Origin: Fonticula alba ATCC 38817
Taxonomy: Eukaryota > Protista > Nucleariida
Assembly (NCBI GenBank): GCA_000388065.2
Contig: KB932204.1
Length of the DNA stretch: 64,000 nt
Direction: 5' to 3' (one strand)
Shown: piece after piece, positions 34,601 to 45,741 of the stretch
Numbering within the stretch: position 1 is the first letter of the stretch
Layout: each line of letters begins with the position of its first letter
Notes under the pieces: generated by a model
Told to the model about the DNA's origin: nothing
Seen by the model: only the letters and a program-made list of their open reading frames with translations
The model's database searches: none
Translations under genes and position numbers: made by a program

Positions 34601-34998
34601 GGGGCCTTGGAGGGTGGGGACTTGGCGAAAGGCGGGGCTTCGGTCGGTGGTGCCCGAGTAGTGGCCGGGGCCTCGGTCTCAAAGCCGGATAGCTCCTCAA
34701 ACCCACCGGCCGTCGTCAGCAACTTGTCGATCTTATTCTTTGCCGGGCCACCAGTTTTGGTGGCCAATGTGGCTGTCGTCACGCTGGCAGCCTCATTCCG
34801 AGGTGCCTGCTCCGAGTCGGGGCTGAAGAGAAAGGCCACCGCCAGCAGGACAATGGCCACCAAGCCCACGGGAAAGAGGAGGAAGTTCTTGGTGCGGACA
34901 ATTCGCCGCCACCAACGATTGCCCCGGCCGCGGCGCTTCGGATGGACACTCGGCGAGGCGTCCAGGAAGAAGCCCATCGAGTCGCGCTGGTCGCCCAT
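31664..34998 (-). CDS. Type II membrane glycosyltransferase, family 92/DUF23-like; 2 exons
   Basis: N-terminal basic stretch plus TM (FLLFPVGLVAIVLLAVAFLF) and a S/T/P-rich stem. Catalytic motifs CLGPVY, IEWLEYHRMVGVRQVHAY, QRVLLNDCLY and LLVHMDVDEFL (DxD). An intron at about 34408-34219 keeps the frame. Confidence 0.75.
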
Positions 34999-36185
34999 GC
35001 TCTGCGGCTGCCGCGTGGCCAGCCCCTTTCTCCGAGAGGGGCGGCAGGGGGCGAGGAGGGCGTGTAGGAGAGGGGGGGGGGGGGAACCGCCAAATCAGCG
35101 GTATGTCAATCGGCCGGGAGCAGATCAGGCGAACAGGGGCACTGCGGGCAGGAGAGGCGAAGCTTCATGGGTTTGTGGATATCGATGGAGATGTGGGCTG
35201 TACCGACAGCCCGGTGGCTCGGGGGTGGCTCTTATCTGTTGTCGGGGCCGGATGCTGGTGCGGGCTGGGAGGGAGGGAGGGGGGGTGGCACCGCAGGCCG
35301 CGGCATTGCGGGCTAAGTTGCGCCCTACCGACTGGGCTCCGCCCCCGCGCGAACAGAACGTTGGCGCCTCAAGGGGGAAGGGGCGGAGGGGCCGGGAAAG
35401 GGGGCATGGCTGCCGGGGGCATGCTCGATCCCGGACGGCGGCGATCTGGAGCACCAGCACCTGGGCATGTCTGGCAATCTCGCGCCCCCTGTGTCTGCCA
35501 AACGCCTGCCGGTTGCCTTTGTCCGTCTCCCCCGCCGGCGGGTTCATGTCCGACCCTGGCATGCCGAGTCCCGCTCCGACACTGCGCATGGTCCTGGGGG
35601 CGGGGAATTCGAGCAAAAGCCCCCCGGGAGCCGGGTATGGTTGTTTTTTTTTTCGCCACACCATCATGCCCCCAGTGGATGAGTGTTTGGCCGCGGCCGT
35701 CGGGCTCCGGTGGAAAACGCCCCGCCCGGCAAGGCGCATCCGCGGGGACGAGCGGCGCGCGCACGCCGCACGGCCTCTCCCTCCATCTTCTTCATTTCCT
35801 GCGCCCCATTTGCCGATCTTGTCTCACCATTCCAGACAAATACCCGGGGCAGGAGGGGCCCGAGCGGGGCAGGAGGCGCGAGGGGCCAGGACATCTCTCG
35901 CCCCCAGGGTGGAAGCTCGGTCGAGGAGACCACCCGCGACGCCAGGTACAAGGGCATCCAGCTCCGGGGCACAGTGGCCACGAAACAAACAGCCATGAAG
36001 TCACATTGACACCGATGGCCCTCGATCGTTAACCGACACACACGCTTCTCACAACCCTGCACACACTTGCATGCACTTGCAGACACTTGCCTCGCAAGCG
36101 GAGGGCAAGACAAGAGAAAAAAAAAAGGAAGAAAAATGGGTCACCCCTGGGGTTCACACGCGCTCCGGCCAGCGGGTTTGCCAAC

Positions 36186-36191
36186 AAAAAA
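36186..36191 (-). terminator. RNA Pol III terminator (T6) after tRNA-Asp
   Basis: A6 on the plus strand, 3 nt past the tRNA 3' end. Confidence 0.8.
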
Positions 36192-36194
36192 GAG

Positions 36195-36266
36195 CTCCCG
36201 ATCCGGGAATTGAACCCGGGCCTCCCGCGTGACAGGCGGGGATTCTCACCACTATACTAATCGGGA
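36195..36266 (-). tRNA. tRNA-Asp(GTC), intronless, 72 nt
   Basis: Reverse complement TCCCGATTAGTATAGTGGTGAGAATCCCCGCCTGTCACGCGGGAGGCCCGGGTTCAATTCCCGGATCGGGAG: 7-bp acceptor stem, anticodon GTC, TTCAA T-loop and G discriminator. Confidence 0.97.
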
Positions 36267-37832
36267 TTGATCTGCGGGTAGGCACGAAATCGAGCGTCTT
36301 GATCCTGTGCCCGGGTCACCAGGCGGCTGGTCGCCTGATCCCCCTGCCGAGACCGCCTTTCCCTAAATCGAAAATCAGCCGTCCAGTTACCCCGCCAATA
36401 CAGCCCACAACCGTGTGGGGCCGAGCCCCGGTTGGCCGACGTCACTCGCCCCCTCATGCGAGGCATCCCCCCGCAAAAGAAGAAAAAGAAAAGCCCATGC
36501 CAGCCATGGTGTTCTCGCTCCCCAGCCCCCTCAGGCTTCTGCTTGATTGTGGGCATAGAAAGACATCGGGATTTGGGTTAGGCCACAGCTCGGCGCCGGA
36601 GGCCGCATTTTTTCTTTTATTTTATTTCCCCATTTTCCCCTCCGCTCCCTCCTCAGCTCATGCGGGGGGGGGGAAACATGAATAGCCTCCCTGATGATGG
36701 TGGAGGGTTATGAGGGCCGGGTGAAAGGAGCCCCCCGGAGGGGGATGGATGGTCTCGCGGATCATTCTTCAGGAACCGCGGGTCGGAACATGGGTGGTCG
36801 CAATGGAGGAGGCCCTTCGGTCAATGGGCTCGTGTGAAATTACTCGCCGTCCATCGTATTGGTGGTGATCTCATGCGCTTCGGGGATAATGGTGGCGCTC
36901 TGGGAGCAAGTGGCATGGAGGGAAAGCGAGGGAGGCCATTTCGCGCGTATGCTTGTTGCCATAACCATAGTAGCGTCCGTGGGAACGCGGCTCCTCACAC
37001 CCGGGCGGGGAGAGCCACCAGCGACCGTGACTCTGGAGCATAGGGCGTGGGGGCGGGAGAGAACGGTGGCAGAGGGCGGAAAGGGGGGGGCGACTCCAAT
37101 TGTCGGGGGGGGGGGGGGGAGAGGGCATTTCCGCGGATGTATTATAGGAGCACAGGCCATGTGGACCGTGCGCCGGGGGTGGAGACAGCTCGGGCAGGGG
37201 CGCATTTTGGGGTAGAAACAAAAATAAAGGGAATAAGCCGGGTGAGTGGCACCGCCTCTTCGAGTTGACACACGACCACTGGCCCCGGTCATTGCGGCGC
37301 GCATGGCAGACGCCTGGCTCCTTTCCTCCGGGACTCTCCCCCGAGGCGGCACCCGCCCTGCTTTTGTGTGCACTTCTGTTCGCCTAGAGGGTGTGTCCCG
37401 CCATGGAGGCATATTCCTGAAGATACCATGAAGATGGCGCCCGTTGTGGGGGAGGGAGCCTGGGCTTGGCCGCGGATGATTGGGGCAAGGGGCGCGGGGG
37501 CAACCACTGTGTAGGCCCGACATAAACTACATCCGGGTCGAGGGGCAGCCCATGTAGCTGACGGACCCGGCAAGCATGGTTGACTCCCCCCGCCCCCCCC
37601 CCCCTCGTCTAAGGTGCATTGCTAGTGGGGCGACCGCCGTGGAGGGTAATACGCGGGCGAGGGCATGGCAGACTCCACGGAGCGAGGTCGGGGCAGCCGT
37701 GCACTCGACCGATATCTACGGGCCGGGAATTGCCTGCAGCCGCGCGGGGGGGGGGGCCATTGAGCGGTTGTGGGTGCGTGTCCCTGGTTGGTGGCTGCCC
37801 ACCCGCCCGGGCCCATCGGGGCTTAGCAGAAA

Positions 37833-37840
37833 TATAAAAG
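37833..37840 (+). promoter_or_regulatory. Canonical TATA box (TATAAAAG) upstream of the GPI-anchored protein gene
   Basis: Exact TATAWAWR match in a GC-rich background, about 320 nt before the ATG at 38162. Confidence 0.5.
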
Positions 37841-38161
37841 TGCAAACTGGCGGTCCCCCTGCCTGGCCTGGGTCTAGTATCTTGCCACGGTGATCTGGAT
37901 ATCATCGGACCTCCCCTCTCTACACACACGCCCCCTACACCGCCCCGCTTCTGTCGCGCGCTTGTCCGTCCGCTGCCCTCCGCTCCTGGAGAAAGCCCCC
38001 TGCACGCAGGTAGGATCGCCCCGCCTGCCACCTTTTGCCCCTCGATCACTCCATGGTCGCCTTTCGCCGCACACTCCGCGAGGCATGTGCCTTCACTGAC
38101 ACCTTTGCGGCCCTCCGGCGACCTCCATTATCCGGCCCTCCTGGCAGTCAGATCTTTCATC

Positions 38162-38826
38162 ATGCGTAGCTCCTCTCTCCCGATGGCCCTGATGCTCGGT
38201 GCGTACTGACGGATGGGTCGCCATGTGTCATCGCCCCGTGCCCATGCTCGCGGCCTTGTCCGCCTCCTTCGCTCGCCCGCGCCCCCCCCCCCCCCCCCCC
38301 CCGCCCCGCCCCCCGCTAACATGGCAGCCCCACTTATTTGGCGGCACCCATGTCCCCCTCAGCCACGGTCTTTGTTGGCGCCCTCGGCACCGCGGCCGCG
38401 CAAAACTTCTACGACGGCGAGCCGTGGAAGAACTACGTGCATCTGATTGGCCCCCTGCCGGTGTCGAAGTTCGTCAAGGATCCCAGCCCCTGCTCCAGCA
38501 TTGGCCTGAATGTTCGCGAGCGCTACATCGAGGAGCATTGCACCTGGGGGCGGAATGAGGCTTCGGAAATCTGTGCCGAGCAGTGCTACAACTACATCTA
38601 TGATGTCCTCAACTGCCAGGTGTTTGACGGCCTGCGTGGCGAGTGCTTCGCCGGGCTGGAGACCATGCGGATCCGCTGCGCGGCCGAGGCCCCGGAGAGC
38701 TTTGCCACCCATGCGGCCGACGGCACGCGCTTCACCTGCAGTGATGGCTTCAGCATCCGCGCGGGCGCCCAGTCGGTGGCTGCCGTGGCGGCGCTGGCGG
38801 CCGCGATCATGGCCTACCTCATGTAA
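38162..38826 (+). CDS. Small secreted, probably GPI-anchored, 8-Cys protein; 2 exons
   Basis: Exon 38162-38198 and intron 38199-38362 (GTGCGT...CAG) give the signal peptide MRSSSLPMALMLATVFVGALGTAAA. The mature region has 8 Cys, and the C-terminus is small residues plus a hydrophobic tail (SDG...AGAQSVAAVAALAAAIMAYLM*). Confidence 0.75.
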
Positions 38827-40251
38827 GGCGCCCGGGCCCGAAGGCGTGCGTGTCTACTTTGTAATGGGCCCCGACGCGGACGCGGTGGGAGCGCCGGGGG
38901 AGGACGTGCGCGCGCGCGCCGTCCATTGTGCACGGGCCCCGTGCTATGCGCAGCATGTCGCGCCCATCCCCTTCGCCATGCTCGCGCGTGCGCCCATGCG
39001 CGGATGACCAGGCGACCATCTCCGTCAACCGGGCCCGGGTAGGCCCTCCCCCCGCTGTGAGTGCCCATTACTTTTGGAGCATCCAGCGAGGGGAGAGAAT
39101 ACGCCCACGACACGCGCGCCCTGCGACTGCGCCTCTCCCGATTGCCCCCTCATGTGTGAGTGTATCTCGACATGGCCACTCGCTCGCCCCCTCCTGCCCC
39201 GTTTGCGCTCGGCGTCCATCATGCCTCGCGAGGGTACCAGGAATCCGAGGCATGCGCATGGGGGGGGGTAGGGCGCGCTGTGTGTGGCACTTGGCTGCGT
39301 TAAAGAAAAAACAATACACGACGAGCGAAGATCCGCATCCATTTGCCCGGCCAGTCTTCATGGCATGGGATCATCCCCTGTGCCTGTCTCTCTCTCTCTC
39401 TTCCGATGCACCTAACACTCCCTGCCCCAGATACATACATATAAGTAAGAGCACGCATTATCCGGGGAGTAGCCGCTTGGATGGGGGGGGGTCTGCGTCA
39501 GTGGAGGACGCGCTGCTGGGGGGGAGTGTAGGGCCAGCCCATCCTGAGAGAGAGGGGTCTCCGTCCTGAGGGGGAGAAGACAGTCGAGCACACTCCGCAC
39601 ATATGGGTTGGTAACTGCGCGCCCGGACAAGGGTCGAGGCCTACTCCCCTATGATGGCATAGCGCGCCTATGGTTGGATGAGCCTCCCTTTGGGGGTGAC
39701 TCGATTTTGTGGTGGTGGCAGGGCGGTGGGAGGGGGGGGGGGCGCCCCTCGGGTGTTCATGCATACCCCCTTTTGAGGAGGGACGATATGGCCGGGCAGG
39801 TGCAGCGGAGCATGCCCAGTGCGGGGGTCATATCCAAACAGCAGGGAGGCCGAGTAAGGGGGCGTAAGTGGCCAGAGTGACCGTAAGGAGCCAACGGAGA
39901 AGCCCCTGAAAGGGCCATGATTGGGCAACAAAACGACATGTCCCACCCCAAGGGGGATCTTCAGATGTATTGCAACTTGGGAACGTGATAGAGAGAGAGA
40001 GAGGCGCGGAAGGAAGGAAGGAGCGGTCGTCTGCTTGTGTTTCTTATGTATGTCGGAAGGGTCACGCGTTCGGTATGTTACAGATGAGGGAGGGGGGGGG
40101 GGATATAGCTCAGGGCATAAGTGTTTGATGGAGCGATCGGGGCGAGTATAAGCCCCGGCTCGAGAGTGATGGCAGGCTGCAGGCACAAATGCAAAGGAGC
40201 ATGGTAGGTGACTGCCTCGGGTCAGGCAGGAGCGACCACAGTGAACAGGCA

Positions 40252-40291
<40 letters not shown>

Positions 40292-40352
40292 TATGCGCAC
40301 ACGCACACACACACACACACACGCATACATCCAGGCCCCGGATCATGCCCCG

Positions 40353-41822
40353 TCACTCGATAATGAGCTCGGCTTGCTCATAACCCGGGGCATGGATGCG
40401 CCAGGTGTCCCATGTGTCCTGCAGGAGGCTGATGTACCGCTCGTGGTACTCATCCACCAGGCCCTCGGGGACTGGCTCCCCGGAGATGGCATACTCATCG
40501 GGCACCACCAACGGAGAACCGTAGACCACGGTCAGGGGGCCCTGACGGGGGAGGAGACTGAAGAAGCGCCCCCAGAAGAGGAGGAACGGCATCTTCAGGG
40601 TGCGCAGTAGGAAGCGGCTGGCGGCCGGGGCCGGCTTCCACGTGCGGAAGGCCGCCTCCTCGCCGAAGCACACCATGGGCACCAGGTCGCAGCCCTGCTG
40701 CAGGGCCAAGCGGATGAAGCCCTTGCGCTTGCGCAAAAACACCCGGGTAACATGGGGCATGTCCGGGTCGATCATGAAAATTTCGGCCGACCCGCCGGGG
40801 AACACCTGCACACTCTGACCGGAAGTGAGGGCCCGAACGGCGTAGCGCAGGCTGGCATCGATCAGGCCACAGAGGACGGCGAATTCGCGGTTGATGGGTA
40901 CCCGGAAGATGGGCGTGGCGCCGAGGATGCGGTAGGGGATGCCATAGCGCGAGGCCCGGCTGGGCTTGGGGAGGGTGGGATCTTGACTGGGCGGCGGGAG
41001 GGGGCCCTGGCTGGCGGTCGGCCGGGAGGAAGCGGGCCGCGGCTGGGAAAGCACCCCCCCGGCCCGGGTAATGAGGGTCGTTTCGGTCAGCGGATCGGCC
41101 GGATGCACGGTGTCGGCCGTGGGGAAGAGCCAGCCCCATAGGCCGCCATATTGCACCAGGCGGCTGAGAACCAAGATGCCGTGGGGGTGCGAGGCAAACA
41201 CATATCGGCGGTTGGGATTCAAGCGAGTCGTGCGGATGGCCGTGAAGGGCATGTATGTGTGGATGAGACCCCAGGCCGGGGACTCCCGGATCCACGAGGG
41301 GGCCGACCGGTCCGAGCGAGTCGGCGACAGGGACTCCCGGAGTCGGAGATACAGCAGGACCGGCAGGGTGGCCAGGCCTAGGGCCGCCGATCGGCGCGCG
41401 AGCATCCCCTCGAAGCCGACAAACAGCCACCTGGTCCCGAGCAGGTACACCAGGAAGATGCTGACCACAAAGAGAGGGCCCCATAGGAGATAGTGCGAGA
41501 GGAACATCATGAGGGAGGTTTCGGTCCGTCGGCGCCGGGAGGCCTCGGCGCGAGTGTGCGTCACGCGCATCAGCCCGGAGTCCAGGTCCTCGTAGATGAC
41601 ACGCGTGCCGGGGGCCTGTGCCGGCAAGCATGGCAAGGTGCCGTGCAGCATGCCGTAGTTGGGGCTCGGCTGGGCGGCCGCACACTCCGGGGCCAATCCC
41701 CCGGCCAGGGACTTCACCGGGGCCAATGGCCGTGCATCCTCGGCCGAGGGGGGGAGCGCATAGTCGGCCTCAGCGGAGAAGGCTCGCCCGCGCGGTAGGC
41801 CGGCGGGAGCAGGCGGCGGCAT
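40353..41822 (-). CDS. DGAT2: Diacylglycerol/monoacylglycerol acyltransferase (DGAT2/MOGAT family); the 5' end may extend into the gap
   Basis: N-terminal TM hairpin, YVFASHPHGIL, FRVPINREF, VFPGGSAE, RKGFIRLALQQGCDLVPMVCFGE and PLTVVYGSP are DGAT2 family motifs. Confidence 0.88.
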   Translation of the reverse strand: MPPPAPAGLPRGRAFSAEADYALPPSAEDARPLAPVKSLAGGLAPECAAAQPSPNYGMLHGTLPCLPAQAPGTRVIYEDLDSGLMRVTHTRAEASRRRRTETSLMMFLSHYLLWGPLFVVSIFLVYLLGTRWLFVGFEGMLARRSAALGLATLPVLLYLRLRESLSPTRSDRSAPSWIRESPAWGLIHTYMPFTAIRTTRLNPNRRYVFASHPHGILVLSRLVQYGGLWGWLFPTADTVHPADPLTETTLITRAGGVLSQPRPASSRPTASQGPLPPPSQDPTLPKPSRASRYGIPYRILGATPIFRVPINREFAVLCGLIDASLRYAVRALTSGQSVQVFPGGSAEIFMIDPDMPHVTRVFLRKRKGFIRLALQQGCDLVPMVCFGEEAAFRTWKPAPAASRFLLRTLKMPFLLFWGRFFSLLPRQGPLTVVYGSPLVVPDEYAISGEPVPEGLVDEYHERYISLLQDTWDTWRIHAPGYEQAELIIE

Positions 41823-42247
41823 AGGGTCCTTCCGGTGGGGCGGCGTGGCGGGNNNNNNNNNNNNNNNNNNNNNNNNNNNNNNNNNNNNNNNNNNNNNNNN
41901 NNNNNNNNNNNNNNNNNNNNNNNNNNNNNNNNNNNNNNNNNNNNNNNNNNNNNNNNNNNNNNNNNNNNNNNNNNNNNNNNNNNNNNNNNNNNNNNNNNNN
42001 NNNNNNNNNNNNNNNNNNNNNNNNNNNNNNNNNNNNNNNNNNNNNNNNNNNNNNNNNNNNNNNNNNNNNNNNNNNNNNNNNNNNNNNNNNNNNNNNNNNN
42101 NNNNNNNNNNNNNNNNNNNNNNNNNNNNNNNNNNNNNNNNNNNNNNNNNNNNNNNNNNNNNNNNNNNNNNNNNNNNNNNNNNNNNNNNNNNNNNNNNNNN
42201 NNNNNNNNNNNNNNNNNGGGGGGGGGGGGGGGGGGGGGGGCGAGCTT

Positions 42248-43335
42248 TCACGCGACTCCGTACATAGCCACGGTGTGGCTTTCCGCCTTGAGCCCCCATT
42301 TCCCCCCACAGGCCAAGGGCGGGCTGCTGGGTGGCCTCGAGGCGTCAAGTGTCTCAGGTGTCACGGCCCCGGGGGACTTAGCCACCACAGATTTCTTGCT
42401 TGGGGAGGGGGGGGGGGCAGGGAGCGAAGGCTCGCTGGCTCGTTGGTATGGCAGAACAATAGCCGGGATGGATAGAGCGAGGTGGGGGGTGGTGTGATTA
42501 GCCACCACCGAAGCCACGGCCGGAGCCGGCATGACAAGGAACTATGAGCCGCGGGAGGGCGGGGGAGGGCGGGGCCACATGTGCAACTGGGCGCCCTGGC
42601 CGGAGTTGCCCGGCCGTCGCCGTCGCCGTCGCCACAGCCGCACCCGAGGACATTGCCTGAGGTGAGCATGTGTACCTGGATCTACCTCTGCCGGTGGACA
42701 GGCCTGCAGGGGGGCAGATCGGCCAGCGCATGGGAAGGAGGCGACCCAGTGAAGGGTCGGGAAGGGTTAGCCTCCCGCTGAGCCCGGGGGGGGGGAGGGG
42801 GGAGGGGGGGCGACAGGGGCGGGGCGGGCGAGACAGGCCGCACCAGCAGGGGTGGATGCCAGGTGGTCGGGTCATGGCGCCATGTGCCTGTGGAAAACTC
42901 ACAACCCACAGGGGGTAGTCGAATGGTGAAGGCAGTCGAAAAACTAAGGGCCTCCTAGACACGGCCGGTGCACATGTGCGCGTGTGCACTGGTGGGTCTG
43001 TCCGTGTGCAGTGCCGAATCGATTGGTTCGGGTGCGAAAACACACGTGTCAGAGTCATCGTTGGTTGTGAGCCGGGCCTTCAACTCTATAGGTGTCCAGA
43101 GCGTGTCCACCCCCCCCCCCCCCCCCCCCGAAAGTCCTGCCGGGGCGATGGAGAGGCTGGCAGGGCAGGGAGTGATTGAGGGGTTAGGACTGTCACAGCG
43201 CGGCAGGAGAAGGGCCCCGGCACAGCTCCCGGAGAGTGTACATGTGCGGGTGTCTTCCTCCGAGTCGCCTAGGCCGCCCGTTGGGCCAGCGAGCGACGAG
43301 TCCGACCTGGACCGTGATTGCGGGTGGAGGGGCAT
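42248..43335 (-). CDS. Possible small multi-exon hypothetical protein
   Basis: Exon-like blocks (MPLHPQSRSRSDSS..., DTLWTPIELKARLTTNDDSDT, RPLVFRLPSPFDYPLWV, FLVMPAPAVASVV...AMYGVA*) are separated by C-rich intron-like tracts with GT/AG ends. The complete model was not resolved. Confidence 0.3.
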
Positions 43336-45741
43336 GATGGCGTGCTGCCGCAAGCGAGGAAAGCCGGGAGAGGGGGGCGGGAGCGAAAAAAAGGCCTGGA
43401 CGCGGGGGCCAGCGGCCGTCCTGGAAATGTCGACACACGATCGAGCAGCCATCGTGAGTCGGGGTCACGCGGGCTTATTTTGATCATGGGACGCCCGTCG
43501 TGACTCGGCCGCTGGGACCATCGCCTGACGGCCGGACTTGATCGCGAAGATTGTACCGCGCGCGCGCGCACGTACGGGCCGGAACCCTCGGTGCGCGGGA
43601 CGCTGTCACAGACGGCCGCCGCAAAGGGGCGACCGTGGGGTCCAAGTCCAGCAGGGGGGTCCTGGCAGGGCGCGGGGTTTCTGCAACATGGGGCAGATCC
43701 GCGCGCGCGCGCCCCGGAGATCCAGGACCTGCAGCTGGACAGGAAGCGCCGACTCTGATCCTCTTCCGCATGCACACACGCACACACGCACACACGCACA
43801 CATGCACGCACACACACCAGGAATAGATGCGCAGGGTGTCGCTGGACAGGCAGGGCGCGCGGCCTGGCGCCCTGGAAACCGTGAGACGGTCCGGGCCGCG
43901 GCGCCTGCCGGATGGACTACGGCCTCGGGTCGGCGCCCAGCGCCGATGGCCGGCCCGCGGGTCGGGGACAGGAAATCCCGACTGGGCGGGAAATTGGCGC
44001 GCGAGTTTTCGATCGCCCGCCTGTGTCCGGCGGGGCCCCCCAGCGGAGCCGGGCACCAGTTCCGGGGGTGTTGCCGCCCGAGGGGCCCCCGCCTGGAGGC
44101 GGAGATTTAGGTGTGGCCTATCTACTTGTGGAGACTCGGTTCTAAATTGACCGGGTTACTGCAGCCTACTAGTGCTGGGTACATCCTGAACCGCGGGCCA
44201 GCAGAAGGTCCACCAGACCGAGGGCAACCCTACGGAAATGGGGCCGGACAGAGGGGCGGGGAGGGGGGGGGGGGGGGCAGGCACCCGCCCGAGAGAGATA
44301 GTGGGGGAGATTGGCCGGCCGCGCGGACTTGGGGCCCGGAAATTCGGGCCTCCGGGCGGGCGGTGTGGGTGCCGGCCGAGGGGGGGGGGGACGCTGGCTC
44401 GAGGCCTTTTCGGCGGGGGAGGAATGCGCGCCAGCTGGGTGCCCAGTGCTTAACCACGGCCGGGCGCGGTCAATCGGCGGGGGAGCGGTCCATTTGCACC
44501 GACACTCGGGGAAATGCGCGCGCAGGCCAGGACGACGGCCAGGCATCGCAGGACGCGCCAACCATGCACCGGGCCCGGGCCAGCATCAGAACATCGGCCA
44601 CACCCACACACGCGTGCTCGGGCTGTGGAGTGTACAGCCATTTTCTGCAATATCCAGCCTCCTTTTAAAGGCCGGCATTAAAGGGATAGTCCCGGGTCTG
44701 GGAGGCGTGGTTCGTCCGCTTGCTGCCCCAAAGGGCGGGAAAACTGGCGGAAAGTGCGCGCGCAATTCGGCCCCCCCCCCCCCCCCCCCCCCGCTGCCGC
44801 TGCCGCTGCCGCTGCCGCCCTGCCGGGGGTGTCCACTGGGGTCCGGGGCCACTGGTTATGGCCTGGCAAGGTCTGCGCCCCTTTGTCCCCGTCTCGTGGG
44901 GTGTGCTGAGCCGGCATGCCCGGGCCAAATGTCCGGTAGGGAGCGACGACGCACAACATGGGCCCCGCCCGGCACACTGTCCCAGTGTTGCCTGGGCGTT
45001 CATCGTTCAACCTGCTTGTTCCCCCCCCCCCCGCGGGTGGACATACGCCTCGACCCGGGATGTCTGCTCCGGAGGGGGGAGGGGGGGGGGGGGGGCGGCC
45101 AGGTGCCGACCAGGCGCCGCTCCACCCCGGCCTGGGTGCGAAGCCCCCGCAAAGTGTGCCTTGCACTTCTTTTTTATCTTCCCCTGCCAGCCCCCTCGTC
45201 TGGGTGTCCCAGAGGTGTGTCGACGACGGAGGTGCGCCGGCCGGACACGCCCGGCCGAATGCATGATGTAAGGTTGTGCACCCCTCCAGCTCTCTCTCTC
45301 TCTCTCTCGCCCTCCGCCCCGGTCATTCTTGTCACCGCGTGAACCATTCTCCGATAGAACACCCCCCAGCTCTCCATCTCTGGTTCTCTAAGAAAAGAAT
45401 CCTCCAAAAGCTGGGGCTGCAATCAACAGTCCTTCCATGCTGGATCACCTCCGCCTCGCCTCTCTCCTCCTTCCGCCACGCTCTCTCCCTCTTTCTTCCC
45501 CTCCCCCCCCCTCTCTCTCCCCCCTTCTTTCCTCCTCTCCTTGGCTGAAGACCTATTCCGGAACGGGACGCCGAGACCACATCTCCTCGCCCCGCCCGCT
45601 GCTCCCTGTAAGACAGTGTCTCCCCTCCACGGTGCGCATCCCTTGCCCTCTCCCTCCCTGCTTCGATCTCCTCTTAACATTCCGCCTGCTACCCCGGCTC
45701 TCCTTCCCTGCCACATGTCTCCAACAGCTCCCTCTTCAATC

